Below are positions 1 through 11,124 of a stretch of 64,000 nucleotides of DNA, piece after piece. Below the pieces are notes generated by a model that ran no database searches, was not told the DNA's origin, and worked only from the letters and a program-made list of their open reading frames with translations. The position numbers were made by a program, and so were the translations under genes. Position 1 is the stretch's first letter. Each line of letters opens with the position of its first letter. Source of the DNA: Salisapilia sapeloensis CBS 127946 (lineage: Eukaryota > Protista > Oomycota); the NCBI GenBank assembly GCA_023334545.1, contig JAADVB010000051.1, positions 27,444 to 91,443 of the forward strand, in the 5' to 3' direction.

Positions 1-67
1 AGAAATATCCACCAATCAAGAATGATTTAGCCGATCCTCTTTTCTTCACTTTAGAAAATCCCTCAAT

Positions 68-1828
68 ATGATCGTGTCGCTACTCGATTATGGCGCTGGC
101 AATGTCCGTAGCGTCCGCAATGCGATCAAAAACTCTGGACATGAACTCGTCGACGTGACAGACGCCGATAGCATTCGCAATGCCGAAGCGATCATCTTTC
201 CTGGCGTCGGCAACTTCCGCAAAGCCATGGAGTTTCTCCAGGAGCAAGGCTTTGTTGAACCTTTGAAAGAGTACATTCAGCAGAACCGACCGTTCCTAGG
301 CATTTGCCTTGGTATGCAGACCTTGTTTGAAGGTAGCGAAGAGTGTCCCGGCCTGCCTGTACGTTTACAAGATCTTAAACTCAAAATATCTCAAGCAACT
401 AAAGCTTGTATGGCAGGGTCTTGGCGTGATTAAAGGGATCGTGCAGGAATTTCCGTCAGAACTCGTAACCGTCCCGCACATTGGGTGGAATGGTGTCCGC
501 GTATGGAAGCAATCGAGTCTATTTGCGGAATTGCCGAACATTGTCGAGCATGATGCGAACAAAATGTACTTTGTCCACTCGTACCGAGCCGTCAAGACGG
601 ACAAGAATGCATCTTGGGCACTCACGACGACTAACTACGGTGACACGGAGTTTATTAGTGCCGTCCAAAAGGGCAATGTCATGGCGACGCAATTCCACCC
701 TGAAAAGAGTGGCAAAGTCGGTATTGCCATGATCAAGGGATTCCTAGAAAACATCAATTTTGCCGATCAGGACAAGGCTATTCCCGACACAGCTTCCAAG
801 CCCAAGACAGTTCTCTCCAAACGAATCATTGCGTACGCTTACATTGCTCTAGGTAGTCTATCCTAGTACTAAATCTTCATTCTAGTTGCTTGGATGTCCG
901 CACGAATGACGATGGAGATCTTGTGGTGACCAAGGGTGACCAGTACGACGTTCGGGAGACGTCGGCGGAGGAAACGGGTGGTGCCGTGCGCAACATGGGC
1001 AAGCCGGTCGACCTATGCACTCGGTACTACCGAGAAGGCGCGGATGAGGTGACCTTCCTCAACATTTGCAGCTTCCGGGAACAGCCGATTGGCGACCAAC
1101 CCATGCTTCGTGTGCTTGAAAACTCCTCTGAACGCGTCTTTGTCCCTCTGACTGTCGGTGGTGGCATTCGAGAGTACGTTGACGGGGAAGGCAACGCCTA
1201 CTCTGCTCTCGACGTTGCGGCCCGGTACTTCCGTGCTGGTGCCGATAAGGTTTCAATTGGAAGTGACGCCGTCTTTGCAGCTGAAAACTACTTTGCTGAC
1301 GGAGAAAAAGGTCGTGGCACGAGCTCGATTGAGACGATTTCAGCCGTGTACGGTCGTCAGGCAGTCGTCGTATCTCTCGACCCGAAGCGTGTGTATGTTG
1401 CATCCTTATACGACGAGAATGCCAAGAACCGATCGGTGGTGAAACTCTCTCGTCCAGGTCCGAATCAGGAAGAGTATTGTTGGTATCAAGCCACTGTTCG
1501 TGGCGGTCGTGAGACGCGGGACTTGGATGTCGTCCAAGTCGCCAAAGCCTGTGAAGCTCTTGGCGCAGGCGAATTGCTTCTCAATTGCGTCGACATGGAT
1601 GGACAAAAGCAAGGGTTTGACTGCGACCTCGTCCGTTTAGTGCGTAACTCTGTCCGCATCCCAGTGGTTGCTTCGAGTGGCGCTGGCGAACCCGATCATT
1701 TCTCTCAAGTGTTTGAACGCACGCAATGTGAAGCAGCATTGGCGGCCGGCATCTTCCATCGGAAAGAAGTCGAGATTCGAGATGTTAAGGAGCACATGCG
1801 AGACCAAGGTGTAAGCGTTCGATTGTGA
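68..1828 (+). CDS. HIS7: Bifunctional imidazole glycerol phosphate synthase (HisH glutaminase + HisF cyclase fusion), 3 exons
   Basis: [16 protein letters not shown] (catalytic Cys), VPHIGWN and QFHPEKSG motifs, then IACLDVR and TVGGGIR of HisF. Removing introns 359-416 and 833-885 (GT..AG) joins ORFs 68, 309 and 890 in frame. Confidence 0.95.
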
Positions 1829-1887
1829 CCGTCGTAGTCGATCTCTTTGGATTGGAAATACAACCAGCATGAAACCATTCTTATATT

Positions 1888-2976
1888 TTATATGGAAAAA
1901 GGAGTCTCGGATCGAAAGAGGTGCTGTACGTCGTCCATGGACGATGGCATGAGCTTCTTCCGAGCTTCCATGATGTACGTCAAGTTGTCACTCGTAAAGT
2001 TCGATCCCAACGGCTCGATAGTAAAGCAAGATTTGACTACGGTCGAGAGACTAGTGGAAAGAGGTTGGCGACGAATGACTTGCCTCCCGATCTCCGAGAA
2101 GGAAGTCGCCCATGCCGGGGCATTCGTATAAGGTTTTACAATGACTTTCCACACGATGACCAAACGGTCCGTTTCATCATATCGACGTGCTGCGAGACGA
2201 TACTGTTGTGCGACGTCCTCTCCATGTACTCTAATAGTAGCCTGGAAAGATCGCACAGCGACATCGTTCGTAGCGCAATGTGTCTCTTGCATACTCGCAG
2301 ATGTAAATCGATCTTGCGTCATATATGTCCATAACGCCCTTTGTACGTCTTGTTCCGACACGGACAAAGAGTTGCAGCTACACACATCCACTCGACTGCA
2401 GTCTCGACCTTGATTCGTACGCGTAGTGATCGTCTCTTGGAATGGAGGCTGCTTCTCATGCAGCTCGACGCTTTCAAAATAGCTGTCGACATTCGCATGG
2501 AGACGATGGAGCTCTTCTAACATGCCTCTCATTTCCAATAAAGCACCCACCGGAGCGATCTTGCGTTGAATGCCTGCTTTACGAGGCGCTACTTGCCATC
2601 GGTGAAAGAATCCACTCACGTTTCCTTGTTGTAACGGCTGGAGACCTCCGAGTAGACGCTGTGCCTCCCGTGGTGGGAAGCGATGGAGGTTGGAGAAACG
2701 GTTCCTCGCTGCTACTTGTCGAGCAGCAAGTAGATCTCGGTAGGAAAAGTTGGAAGGTTGACTCGTAGCCAATTGGAGATGCTGCAATCGGTTCTCGACT
2801 TCTTGGACCGTGCCGTAGACTCGACGGACTTGGACTTTGTCTGATGGACGCTTGTGGGATCTCTTCATGGATGCCTTTGGCCTCGCGGATGAAGTGGATC
2901 CTGCTTGCGGTGCTAGATGGAGAGATTGCATTGTAGACGTAATTGAATGCTCGTTCGAGTGGTTTGAAGACGCCAT
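1888..2976 (-). CDS. Oomycete-specific hypothetical protein, M96 mating-specific-like family
   Basis: 362-aa ORF. The C-terminal segment RLAARRYDETDRLVIVWK...VVKSCFTIEP resembles the START-like domain of oomycete M96-family proteins. Family recognised by eye only. Confidence 0.55.
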   Translation of the reverse strand: MASSNHSNEHSITSTMQSLHLAPQAGSTSSARPKASMKRSHKRPSDKVQVRRVYGTVQEVENRLQHLQLATSQPSNFSYRDLLAARQVAARNRFSNLHRFPPREAQRLLGGLQPLQQGNVSGFFHRWQVAPRKAGIQRKIAPVGALLEMRGMLEELHRLHANVDSYFESVELHEKQPPFQETITTRTNQGRDCSRVDVCSCNSLSVSEQDVQRALWTYMTQDRFTSASMQETHCATNDVAVRSFQATIRVHGEDVAQQYRLAARRYDETDRLVIVWKVIVKPYTNAPAWATSFSEIGRQVIRRQPLSTSLSTVVKSCFTIEPLGSNFTSDNLTYIMEARKKLMPSSMDDVQHLFRSETPFSI

Positions 2977-3429
2977 GGTCCGTGCTCGTGATTGTCGACG
3001 ACTTCCAACTCGTCTGTAAAAAATTTTGTTGAGAGGAATAGAGATAACCTGTGATCTATAATGATAAAACTTTGGAAATAAATATTTTAAGATTTATAGA
3101 TGACGAGTATCTCAGATGAAGGAACATTTTACAAGGTTGCTGAGCTTCTACTACGTTTGAACAAGCAGTTGAAGGTATCTTAAGCGTTAGATTTATGTGA
3201 ATGCACAATAGTAGGATGGCTTCTTGATGTTATGATGTGTGGGTAGTGAATGTACGTGATTAGAAGCTTCAAATCTGAGCTCAGGATATAGGTATCAGCG
3301 TTCTGATGGAAGGATCGAAAACAATATAGCTCGATGCCAGATCTGCATGTTCCATTGTATCTAATTGCATCCGTGGATACCTTAGACGATTGCACTCGCG
3401 TATGTCATAGATATCGGGGTCATTTATAA

Positions 3430-3446
3430 GCTCATTGTGCATTTTG
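3430..3446 (+). promoter_or_regulatory. Oomycete Inr/FPR core promoter element
   Basis: GCTCATTGTGCATTTTG closely matches the oomycete GCTCATTYYNCAWTTT consensus and lies ~55 nt upstream of the ATG at 3488. Confidence 0.55.
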
Positions 3447-3487
3447 CCACGCTGGACGAGCTTGGAATAACTATAAGAGGAAGTTAC

Positions 3488-4340
3488 ATGTTGTACTCAA
3501 TCATCGCTACTCTTATTTTAAGCAACGCCTACGCCATAGAATTTCGTAGCACGGTAGATGCTACAAATACCACTGAACAGCTATTTGATTCACTCGGTGA
3601 TGTCATAATGCATGCGCCGATGAACATTTCTAATCGGATCGTTGGATCAGGCCTCACCAAAAGAGAATTGTCATTAATTCCTGCTGTTGTTAAGATTGTC
3701 TATGTGATGGATGGAATTAACCTACATTGCATGGACATACTCATTCATCCTCAGTGGGTCGTTACTTGCGCTAGATGTAATTTCCCAAATGTACGTCCTA
3801 GTCAATACTACCGGACTATCTTTTCGAGTTCAAACACGCAGACTGCATCCAGAATATGAAGAGTTTACTTTCAACTACAACTTGGCGTTGCTGCAGCTAA
3901 TTGAGTAGACAGGTATTGAGCCGCTTGAAATCATAAGCTATTATACTGAAAGAAATTTTACTGCGGTCGCATTTAGCGCGGGGGAAACGCTAGATTACAA
4001 GAACGAGACGTTTAGAGAGGATACAATGCGACGTATGACTGTCTATATGCATTCCCATGATAATTGGAGCTGTCATTCACAATTGGGTCTAGTCGATTAC
4101 GATTCGTGCTTTTGTTCGGAATCTGTTGACATGGAGAAGGAAGGCATTACTGCATGTAAGCAAGATCGTGGTGCGCCTCTCATAACAGGCGCGAACCCAC
4201 CCAAGCTCGCGGGAATTTTGTCAAAGTAGTATGACTGCGAAGTACATACACCTTGGCACCTTCTTTCTGCTCCATATGTGGCATAGGACTGGATTAAAGA
4301 GCTGACTCGGGAAAACTACCTGTGGTGGCTGTATCAATGA
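3488..4340 (+). pseudogene. Decayed secreted trypsin-like (S1) serine protease
   Basis: Signal-peptide-like MLYSIIATLILSNAYA, RIVG activation site, and CMDILIHPQWVVTCARC, HPEY..NYNLALLQL, CKQDRGAPL, LAGILS, DWI matching S1 blocks. Frameshift near 3820 and in-frame TAG stops at 3906, 4227 and 4284. Confidence 0.75.
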
Positions 4341-5121
4341 GAGGCTACAAGAGATCAAGTTGAAGCAGTTATTATATTCCTGCGTATTGTCAAAACATGA
4401 GTGTGATTTTTAGTTTATCGAAATAAGCTTTTAATTTAGTGTTGAAAGGTAAGGAGTGACTTGATGCGTAGTCTACTTGTGCACCGCATGATCTTGCAAT
4501 CCTCGCAGTGCATATTGATAAGTAGGGAAAGTAGAAATTGGTGTAGTATCTTTGGAGATGATATTTCGATGTATGCTTGTGCATCTCTCTGGTGGCCAGG
4601 TAAACTAATAAAGAGCAATAAGGCAAAATAGATAATGACTCAGACGGATAGCTTTCACGATCATACCCTCGATCCAGACAAATACTGAAAATAGATGAAG
4701 GAGGATACGAAGCTATAATATCTGTCTAGGTTACCAGTATAAGCTTCCATCCACTTTACTAGTTCCACTTGTACAATTGCTGGGTGAACTGAAATCGATT
4801 CGACTCGTAAAGTGGCCATGCTTTTGCAACTTGAACAACGATCATGTTGAATGTCATCCAATTTCCTTGAGTTCAAGGCAAAAGACGATGTGTGATGATG
4901 TATTGTTTACGCCTATGTATTCTTCCACCAGCTACACCATTTATATTAACTCAGACGCGAGGATGCGCATCGATCTCCAAGTTAGCATTCCGACATCGCT
5001 AGAATAGTCATGAGAATGTGTCAAGTTTCCACAGGATGCGAATAAGATTGTCTAGCTCGTTATGTTGACCACACTATTTTCGGCATAGCATCCGAAATGA
5101 AAGCGTCGAAGGCACTTTGAA

Positions 5122-6950
5122 ATGACATCGAGCGCCGCTCGGAGCGACCGACTGCGCACAGTAAGTCCAAAGCTAGGCTGATGCCTCTACATCTTAACTT
5201 TTGACCGTGCTCAATAAAATCTATCGTGATTACCCCTACAGGCACTCAAGTCCGATGAAGACCGATATTTTCATCTGCGATGTGCTCTGTAAGCTCCTCA
5301 TCCCGATGACTTGATGACTCTGTCGTAGCTGATAACACTGACTCTGCATCCCAACTACCTACGTAGAATACTAGGCATTGGCAATGCAGTGGATGCCATC
5401 GAAACACTTTCCATCGGATACATCCTAGCCGTCTATGAAGATAGCGACGGAGTCCTTTCGCGGACTGCACAAGGTCCGTCAAAACCTCGATATGCCAAGA
5501 ACGTTTCTAAACAAAGCATACAGGGAGTCTCGCTGCAGCAGCTTTCGCCGGGATGCTCGTAGGTGGGCTCGTATTCGGCACCTTGAGTGATCGTATCGGA
5601 AGAAGGCAAAGCTTCTTAATATCCATGCTTATCAACGGAGGCTTTGCCACTCTCTCTGCTCTTGCTTCGAATGCCACTTTGCTCATCTTATGCAGGACCT
5701 GTGCTGGCATCGGTATCGGTGGTACAATCCCAGCCATGTTCACACTCTGCTCTGAGCACGTACCTCCACGTCGACGAGGCTACTACGTGACGATCGTTGC
5801 TGCCAACTGGATGGTGGTACGTGCCCTTACTTGTGGTAGCCAAGATGTCATATAACATATTTGAGTAGGGGTCTCTTTTCGCTTCTGGAGTAGCATGGCT
5901 AATGCTCGGGAATGAGGCTACAAACACATCTTGGCAAGCATTTGCCGTTGTCGTTTCGCTTCCTGCCTATATCTGTTGGTTGCTGACATACCTGTTTGTA
6001 CCGGAGAGCATTCACTACTATGTCGGCAAACGAGATTTGGATAAAGCTGAAGCAGTACTCGATTACATGCAGACAGTGGATCGTAAGTCGGATTGGCGGA
6101 CAGTACCGACTGCCATGAAGAGGACTGAAAGTGAGGGTGAGCCTCTTGTTGCTATCAACACGCTGGAAAAGCATTCATCCGGCGAAGATGTGGACAAAGT
6201 TGTTGAAGCAATGGAAGAAGACAACTCGTACTCGTTTATGCAAGCCTGTGCTGCTTTGCTCCATCCACTGCTTGCTGAAACAACCATCTCTCTCTTCTTA
6301 TCCTGGCTGTGCCTCAGTTTTGGATCGTACGGTCTATCTACCTGGATCACAGTACTCTTCCAGCGCATCGATCTGTCGAACCCGTTCGCCAATGCTTTCA
6401 TCTATGCTGGTGCGACTCTCCCAGGCAACGTCCTCAGGTACGATTCTATTTAACCGCTTTCAAACTTGGTATTCATGTCATCTCCAGTGCGCTTTTAATG
6501 GATCGGATGGGAGCTCGATGGTTCTTTATCATCTCTATGCTAATAGCCGCTTGCTGTGCTGCTGGCTTTGCCTACGCGAGTGCTAAGACGTCTCCTTCAT
6601 CATCTGCAAGTGCTTCGACAAGCATCACGGTGCTCGTAATTGCGTTGGCTAGTGGATTTAACGCCTTTAGTACAGCAGGTTGGAATGCTGTGGACCTCAT
6701 GTCAGCCGAGTCTTTCCCGACAGACGTTCGAACGACTGGGATGGGTATACTTGCTGCTGGAGGTCGGATTGGATCGATATCGGCTCAGTTTGTAAACGGA
6801 TACCTCGTTGGTCCTCCGCCTCACGTCACGGCGTTGTTGTCCGTCACAGCTACAATGACTCTGCTCGCATGTGCTAGTGCTCTGGTCGTTCGAGACTTTA
6901 AAGGCAAGGCGCTTGTGGATTCGATGAAAGAGTTGCAACGTAACGGATAA
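5122..6950 (+). CDS. MFS transporter, SV2/SVOP-like sugar porter family, multi-exon
   Basis: Spliced N-terminus ...LILGIGNAVDAIE; LSDRIGRRQS, LCSEHVPPRRRG, LMDRMGAR and AESFPTDVRTTGMG sugar-porter motifs; several GT-AG introns restore the frame. Confidence 0.85.
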
Positions 6951-6998
6951 TGTTCAAACGGAAGAAAATGTTGTGTTCAAGACATGTCAATAGCTATA

Positions 6999-8287
6999 CT
7001 AGTATTGAAAGTTGGACAAATCTAATTCCCATGTCGGTTCTTCGATTGGCATGCATACACTTGGTTCAGATACTATATCCACGCTCGATAGATCTTCTTT
7101 TGTTTGCTTCTTCTCACTGTTCTAATCACAAGCATTAGCTATTGAAAATACATTTTATAAAAAAGATGTTATACTTGTGACGTCGTACTCGTCTTCAATT
7201 CGTCTTCCGCCTTTTTATGATGAGGAAGAGTAGTACCTTGTCTAGCAAATGTTCTACTTCTATCCGAGGTATGGTCGGATGGAATGTTCTCTTTCTCGGC
7301 AGATTTTTTCTCCGACGAGGACGAGACAGGAAGAGAGTATCGGCCACCACTGACGCTTGAAGAGATGGAGCGATGAGATCCGGTGAACTTTTCAACTTGA
7401 ACCTCCTCAACAGGACCGTGGTACGAGCCTGTCGCTATCACTTTTTCAACGTGTGGTCGATCATCTAACAGACGGCAGCTTATGGCGATACTGCGTCGGG
7501 ATGCTACGGACAGTGCCTCTCGCAGCTCCTCATCCTCTTGTTCTCGTCTAGATGCTTCTGTATCCTCTACGAATATTGGAATAGATGCTTTCGACGACCT
7601 GCACTTGCAGTTCTGCTTGAAGTTATGAAGCTCCATAAAGTTGGAGGTACTCGTGGCTTCATCCAGCATGCATAGTGTCTGCTGTCCACAGTCCGCTGTA
7701 GCTTTTGGCTCTACCCTATGCCTTGCTCGAGCACTACGCTTGTTTGAATCCTGAGTCACGGACGGTCCTGGTCTGTGTTCAGGATGCACCTTGGTCACGT
7801 TGGCTGCAACTGACGGGATAGAAGCTGATGTATGACTTGACCAGGAAGACTTTGGTTCAAAGGAAAGATTACTGGAGGATGCTTTATCCATGGTATTTTT
7901 GCGCTCTGAGGGTTTCTCCAGATGGCGTTGCTGCTCGAGTCGATGCTGGAAAGCTTGCATCTTTTCTGCAAGAAGGTTTTGCATGGGAGCAAATGGCAGT
8001 GGCCTTCCTGTCCGATGTAACTTTGTCGCCGTTTGATCTGCAGCGTTTGATACGTCCGAAGTCTCCGTCTGCTTTTCACACGTTACGGGTTTGTCATCCG
8101 TGGGCAGGTTGCGTTTAATCGCGGCGTTTACGACGAACGTGCATTCTTGCAAAGTCATACCCAATGTGCCGTTGGTATCCTGTTGATCATCCTGAGCAAC
8201 GCAAAATTCCTCGAGATTCGCAAGCACTTGCTGGGCGACGTCCGCCGCGCTCCCCATCTGAATGCTGTCGAGTGAGTAGACACTCAA
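6999..8287 (-). CDS. Hypothetical Ser/Thr-rich protein; 5' exons unresolved (possibly up to ~8690)
   Basis: 372-aa ORF plus a terminal exon 6999-7121 after an intron (GTATAA..CTAAT..TAG). No recognisable domain. Confidence 0.55.
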
Positions 8288-8982
8288 AGGCAGTTACGCT
8301 GATTCATGTTGAAGTTAAGACAGGTTTATGTTCCTGGACTTCAACATGCGTATCAAAGGCATCAAAAGTGGCTTCACAAGTGCACGTGCCGCAAGGGTTA
8401 TCTCCATTAGAATTTGTACCACCTACCTTTGTATACCTAGGATTGTTTTACTATGGTAGACGATGCATGCTTGGTCGTATGCGTGTCCTAGTACACAATG
8501 CGCACTATCTAAAGACTATACTCGATCGTATTTCTGCCTCTGTATATACTTCTGCTTGGAGACGTCAAATGAACAAAGAGAAGCGATACGACGTCCTACC
8601 GCTTGAGCAAAAGTTGCGTTCCAACTCGGTATCGTGCCATCTCTTCCTGACACATCATTGCGCTTCCGCCAATGTCTACCTTCTGCTTTTCTCCATGTCG
8701 TCTACGATGCTTTGGTACGGAATATAAGTCTCCCAAACGGTATTGCGCAGAAGAGGATTAGAAGTTGCGTTTTCCTGTTTTACATGGCAGCTACTAGTGT
8801 GGGACACCTGCTGTCATTGTCTCTTTATAATATGTTCATTCGAAAAGATACTTTGAATTTGTATGGTCGGCAACTTCAACGTCCGCCAAGCGATGACAAC
8901 ATCGCCGGAAGCCCCTTGACGCTTCATTATCGAATTTCGAGCCTCGGGCGCACATCCAACCTCCTCCCCACAATCCAACATC

Positions 8983-10971
8983 ATGGGCAATAGCAATACT
9001 GGAAGCACAAACGACGTCTCTGCGGTCCCACTCCCAGAACGTGTGGCCAAGGAGGCCCACATCCAGGGGGAGCAGCAGTACGAGGAAATGTACCGTCAGT
9101 CGATCGAAGACCCGGATGCCTTCTGGGGAAAGATGGCGCGAGAGAACCTCGAGTGGTTCCGTGAATTCGACGACGTCCGCTCCGGTTCGCTCATCAAGGG
9201 AGACGTTGCGTGGTTCCTTAATGGCCGCACGAACGTCGCGGTCAACTGCATCGACCGCCACTTGCACGACAAAAAGGACAAGACTGCCATCATCTGGGAG
9301 GCCGACGAGATTGGAGAAGGCCGCAACATCTCCTACTTGGAGCTTCACGAAGAAACCTGCCGTATTGCCAACGCCATGCGTGCCGCTGGTATCAAGCGCG
9401 GTGACACCGTGGCAATCTACATGCCCATGATCCCGGAACTCGCGTTTGTCATGCTTGCTTGTTGCCGCATTGGTGCCATCCACAGTGTCATTTTCGCCGG
9501 ATTCTCCGCCGATTCCATTCGTGACCGCCTCGTGGATGCGCAAACGCAGTGGGTCTTCACGAGCGATGAAGGTAAGCGTGGTGGACGCACGTTGCCACTT
9601 AAGCAGACGGTCGACGAGGCGATTGAAGGTCTCGACTTTGTCCGTAAGGTCTTCATGTTCAAACGCACGGGCAACCCGGATGTCAAGCTGAACCCGAAGA
9701 TTGATGTCGACATGGAGCAGGAATTGACCAAGCACCGTCCGTACGCTTCGGCCGAATGGATGGATTCTGAAGACTTGCTCTTCATTCTATACACATCCGG
9801 ATCCACCGGTACGCCCAAGGGTGTCGCACATACCACGGCCGGATACATTCTGTACGCCATGCTCACGTGCAAATACGTGTTCGATTTGCACGATAACGAC
9901 GTCTACGGCTGTCTCGCTGACGCTGGCTGGATCACGGGCCACAGCTACATTATCTATGGTCCACTCGCGAACGGTGCCACCACTGTCATGTTCGAGAGTA
10001 CGCCGGCGTACCCGAACTATGGTCGCTACTGGGACTGTGTCCAGCGTCACAAGATCACCAAGTTCTACACTGCCCCTACAGCTATTCGTGCACTGATGGC
10101 TCAAGGCGACGATATCGTCAAGCAGTACGATCTATCGAGCCTCAAGGTTCTCGGAAGTGTCGGTGAGCCGATTAACCCGGAGGCCTGGCGCTGGTACTAT
10201 GAAGTTGTTGGCAATAAGCAGTGCTACATTGCTGACACGTACTGGCAGACGGAGACTGGAGGCCACGTCGGCACCGGTCTCCCTGGTGTGACGCCGATGA
10301 AGCCTGGTTCGTGCACGAAGCCCTTCTTTGGCATCGACTTTGTCGTCACGGATGAAGTCGGCAACGAGATCAAGGAGAACGACGTTGAGGGTCAGCTGTG
10401 CATTCGTAGCCCGTGGCCTGGTCTCGCGCGTACGGTGTACAACAATCACCAGCGATACTTGAACGTGTACATGGAGTCGCACAAGGGTTTGTACTTTACG
10501 GGCGACGGCTGCCACCGTGACAAGGACGGCTACTTTTACATCACTGGTCGTATCGACGATGTCCTCTGCACGTCTGGCCACCGAATCGGCACGGCCGAGA
10601 TTGAGAGCACGTTGGTGGCACACAACCTCGTGGCGGAAGCCGGCGTCATCGGCATTCCGCACCACATCAAGGGCGAAGGTATTTGTTGCTACGTGGTGCT
10701 CGTGAGCTCGACGCAACCTTCGGACGATGTCCGGAAGGAGTTAGTGCAGCAGGTGCGCCACCACATTGGCGCCTTTGCGTCGCCAGACTTGGTAGTGTTC
10801 GTGTCGGGTCTGCCGAAGACGCGTAGCGGTAAGATCATGCGTCGTGTGCTGCGTAAGATTTCGCACGGCGAGGAAGGTTCGCTCGGTGACACATCGACAT
10901 TGGCGGACCCGCAAGTGGTGCCGGAGATCATCGAGGCGACCAAGGAAGCACTGCATGGCAAGCAGCTCTAA
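8983..10971 (+). CDS. ACS: AMP-forming acetyl-CoA synthetase, intronless
   Basis: YTSGSTGTPKG AMP-binding motif, DTYWQTETGG, TGRIDDV, LPKTRSGKIMRR (acetylation-site Lys); strong C/G third-position bias. Confidence 0.97.
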   Translation: MGNSNTGSTNDVSAVPLPERVAKEAHIQGEQQYEEMYRQSIEDPDAFWGKMARENLEWFREFDDVRSGSLIKGDVAWFLNGRTNVAVNCIDRHLHDKKDKTAIIWEADEIGEGRNISYLELHEETCRIANAMRAAGIKRGDTVAIYMPMIPELAFVMLACCRIGAIHSVIFAGFSADSIRDRLVDAQTQWVFTSDEGKRGGRTLPLKQTVDEAIEGLDFVRKVFMFKRTGNPDVKLNPKIDVDMEQELTKHRPYASAEWMDSEDLLFILYTSGSTGTPKGVAHTTAGYILYAMLTCKYVFDLHDNDVYGCLADAGWITGHSYIIYGPLANGATTVMFESTPAYPNYGRYWDCVQRHKITKFYTAPTAIRALMAQGDDIVKQYDLSSLKVLGSVGEPINPEAWRWYYEVVGNKQCYIADTYWQTETGGHVGTGLPGVTPMKPGSCTKPFFGIDFVVTDEVGNEIKENDVEGQLCIRSPWPGLARTVYNNHQRYLNVYMESHKGLYFTGDGCHRDKDGYFYITGRIDDVLCTSGHRIGTAEIESTLVAHNLVAEAGVIGIPHHIKGEGICCYVVLVSSTQPSDDVRKELVQQVRHHIGAFASPDLVVFVSGLPKTRSGKIMRRVLRKISHGEEGSLGDTSTLADPQVVPEIIEATKEALHGKQL

Positions 10972-11124
10972 GTGTGTTTTTCATGTTGCGCATACAATTG
11001 AAAGATATTTGTTTTTCAACTTCCTTCGACATATTTTATTTCTTTCTCTTGGATCTTTTGGCTGATCATCTCACTATCCTATCAGCATTTGATGCCTTGA
11101 TAGTAAATCAGAGACCTTTTCGGT

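Noticed and set aside
4340-5030. Short ORFs and splice-like signals on the minus strand
   Set aside because: No coherent gene model or recognisable motif could be built.
8836-10716. Long antisense ORFs (299, 151 and 194 aa) opposite ACS
   Set aside because: Expected shadow of strong GC3 codon bias; no motifs. The same applies to shadow ORFs over GABA-T, KRI1, cyclin and the SPOC repeats.
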